Shown piece by piece: positions 63,095-64,000 of a stretch of DNA of 64,000 nucleotides (position 1 is its first letter; every line of letters begins with the position of its first letter). The notes under the pieces were generated by a model. It ran no database searches. It was given only the letters and a program-made list of their open reading frames with translations, and was not told the origin of the DNA. This DNA is from the human T2T-CHM13v2.0 reference genome, Homo sapiens. Location: positions 5,280,001 to 5,344,000 of the forward strand of contig CP086569.2 in NCBI GenBank assembly GCA_009914755.4, read 5' to 3'. Both the position numbers and the translations under genes were made by a program.

Positions 63095-64000
63095 TTATTT
63101 TTCAAACATGTTAAAGATAAATAAGAATATAGACACGCTAATATAACAATTTAAAAAATAACCACAAAACTCTGTAAGTAGGATGGATGATAGACAATGG
63201 AAGGAAGAAAAGAAGGGAGGTAATTTTAAAAACCATATACTTCAGACATTTTAATTCCCTTGTTAGATAAAACTAGTATGCTCGGGGGTTAATGTGTGGC
63301 AGTTGTCAGACACCTTTCACACCATGGACTAATTTATAGATAATTGGAATAAAACCCTGAGTTTCAAGCAGGTATCACTTATTTTTATTGAATTTCCCTT
63401 CTTGAGCATGATTCACACATACTTCACATTTGCCCATATACTGGCTAAGTAGGACAGCAAAATGCCTTAACGAAATGTACCATTTTAAGAAGCTAGCTTT
63501 TTTTCTTAGATGCATAAGTTATGCTTGGAGAAAATATAATTATATTTTCCTGCATAATAAATAGGTTTTATGAAAAACACAGCCTTTGGAGAATACAAGA
63601 GAAATTATTCACTATGTTTAACAAAAGATGTAGCAGAACATTTTGCCCTTGATTTTCTTATTCAAATAGTGGGACTAGAAAAACTTTTGAAGACGTGTTA
63701 GATGTAGTTAGCCATTGAGGTACACTGAAAAGTCAGCACGAGTGCATGAGTTGGATTTTGTTATGATTATTTTGCTTTTGTTTTATTATTTTTTTTCTTA
63801 CTCCCTTTGGTCTTGTCTTATGTGAACTCCCTTTGGTCTTGTCTTAGGTGCCATTGAAGACACCGTAAATTCAACCCCATTATATGGTTTCATTTTAACT
63901 CAGAAGGTTAGATATGTTCAGCACAAATAAAATCAGATATTCTCAGGCTCACCCTAATTAAAGGTCCTAATCTAATCAAAGCTTTCATGAAGAAATGTCT

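Overview
This window is primate (human-type) genomic DNA, AT-rich and dominated by interspersed repeats; it is not prokaryotic. At least 15 Alu copies, several LINE-1 copies of different ages, a Tigger1 DNA transposon, two MaLR/THE1-type solo LTRs and a MIR are recognisable by eye. I could not recognise any host protein-coding exon. The standout feature is a full-length L1HS element on the minus strand at about 6159-12219, about 6.06 kb. It has a complete 5'UTR, an uninterrupted 338-aa ORF1 and an uninterrupted 1275-aa ORF2, the Ta-subfamily ACA trinucleotide in the 3'UTR, an A-rich tail, and 14-bp target-site duplications (GAGAGCCCGTTATT). This is the structure of a potentially retrotransposition-competent ('hot') LINE-1. 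The 71-codon antisense ORF0 in its 5'UTR is also intact. A second notable spot is a short CpG-dense, GC3-rich coding-like block at about 34505-34790 on the minus strand (the ORF begins MAARGGGGYSEMAESMADTQWLITKPQNLNDAY...). It sits in an otherwise AT-rich, repeat-laden context, and I could not assign it to a known gene from memory. Other structural curiosities: an old L1 with a local ~470-bp inversion and a nested Alu; an L1 whose ORF2 was deleted through a microhomology junction; a tail-to-tail inverted pair of old L1s; a young Alu with a 50-nt pure poly-T tail; and several long tetranucleotide microsatellites. The many short ORFs in the supplied six-frame track are almost all repeat-derived (Alu, L1 antisense, GAAA repeats, LTR) and are not reported as genes.
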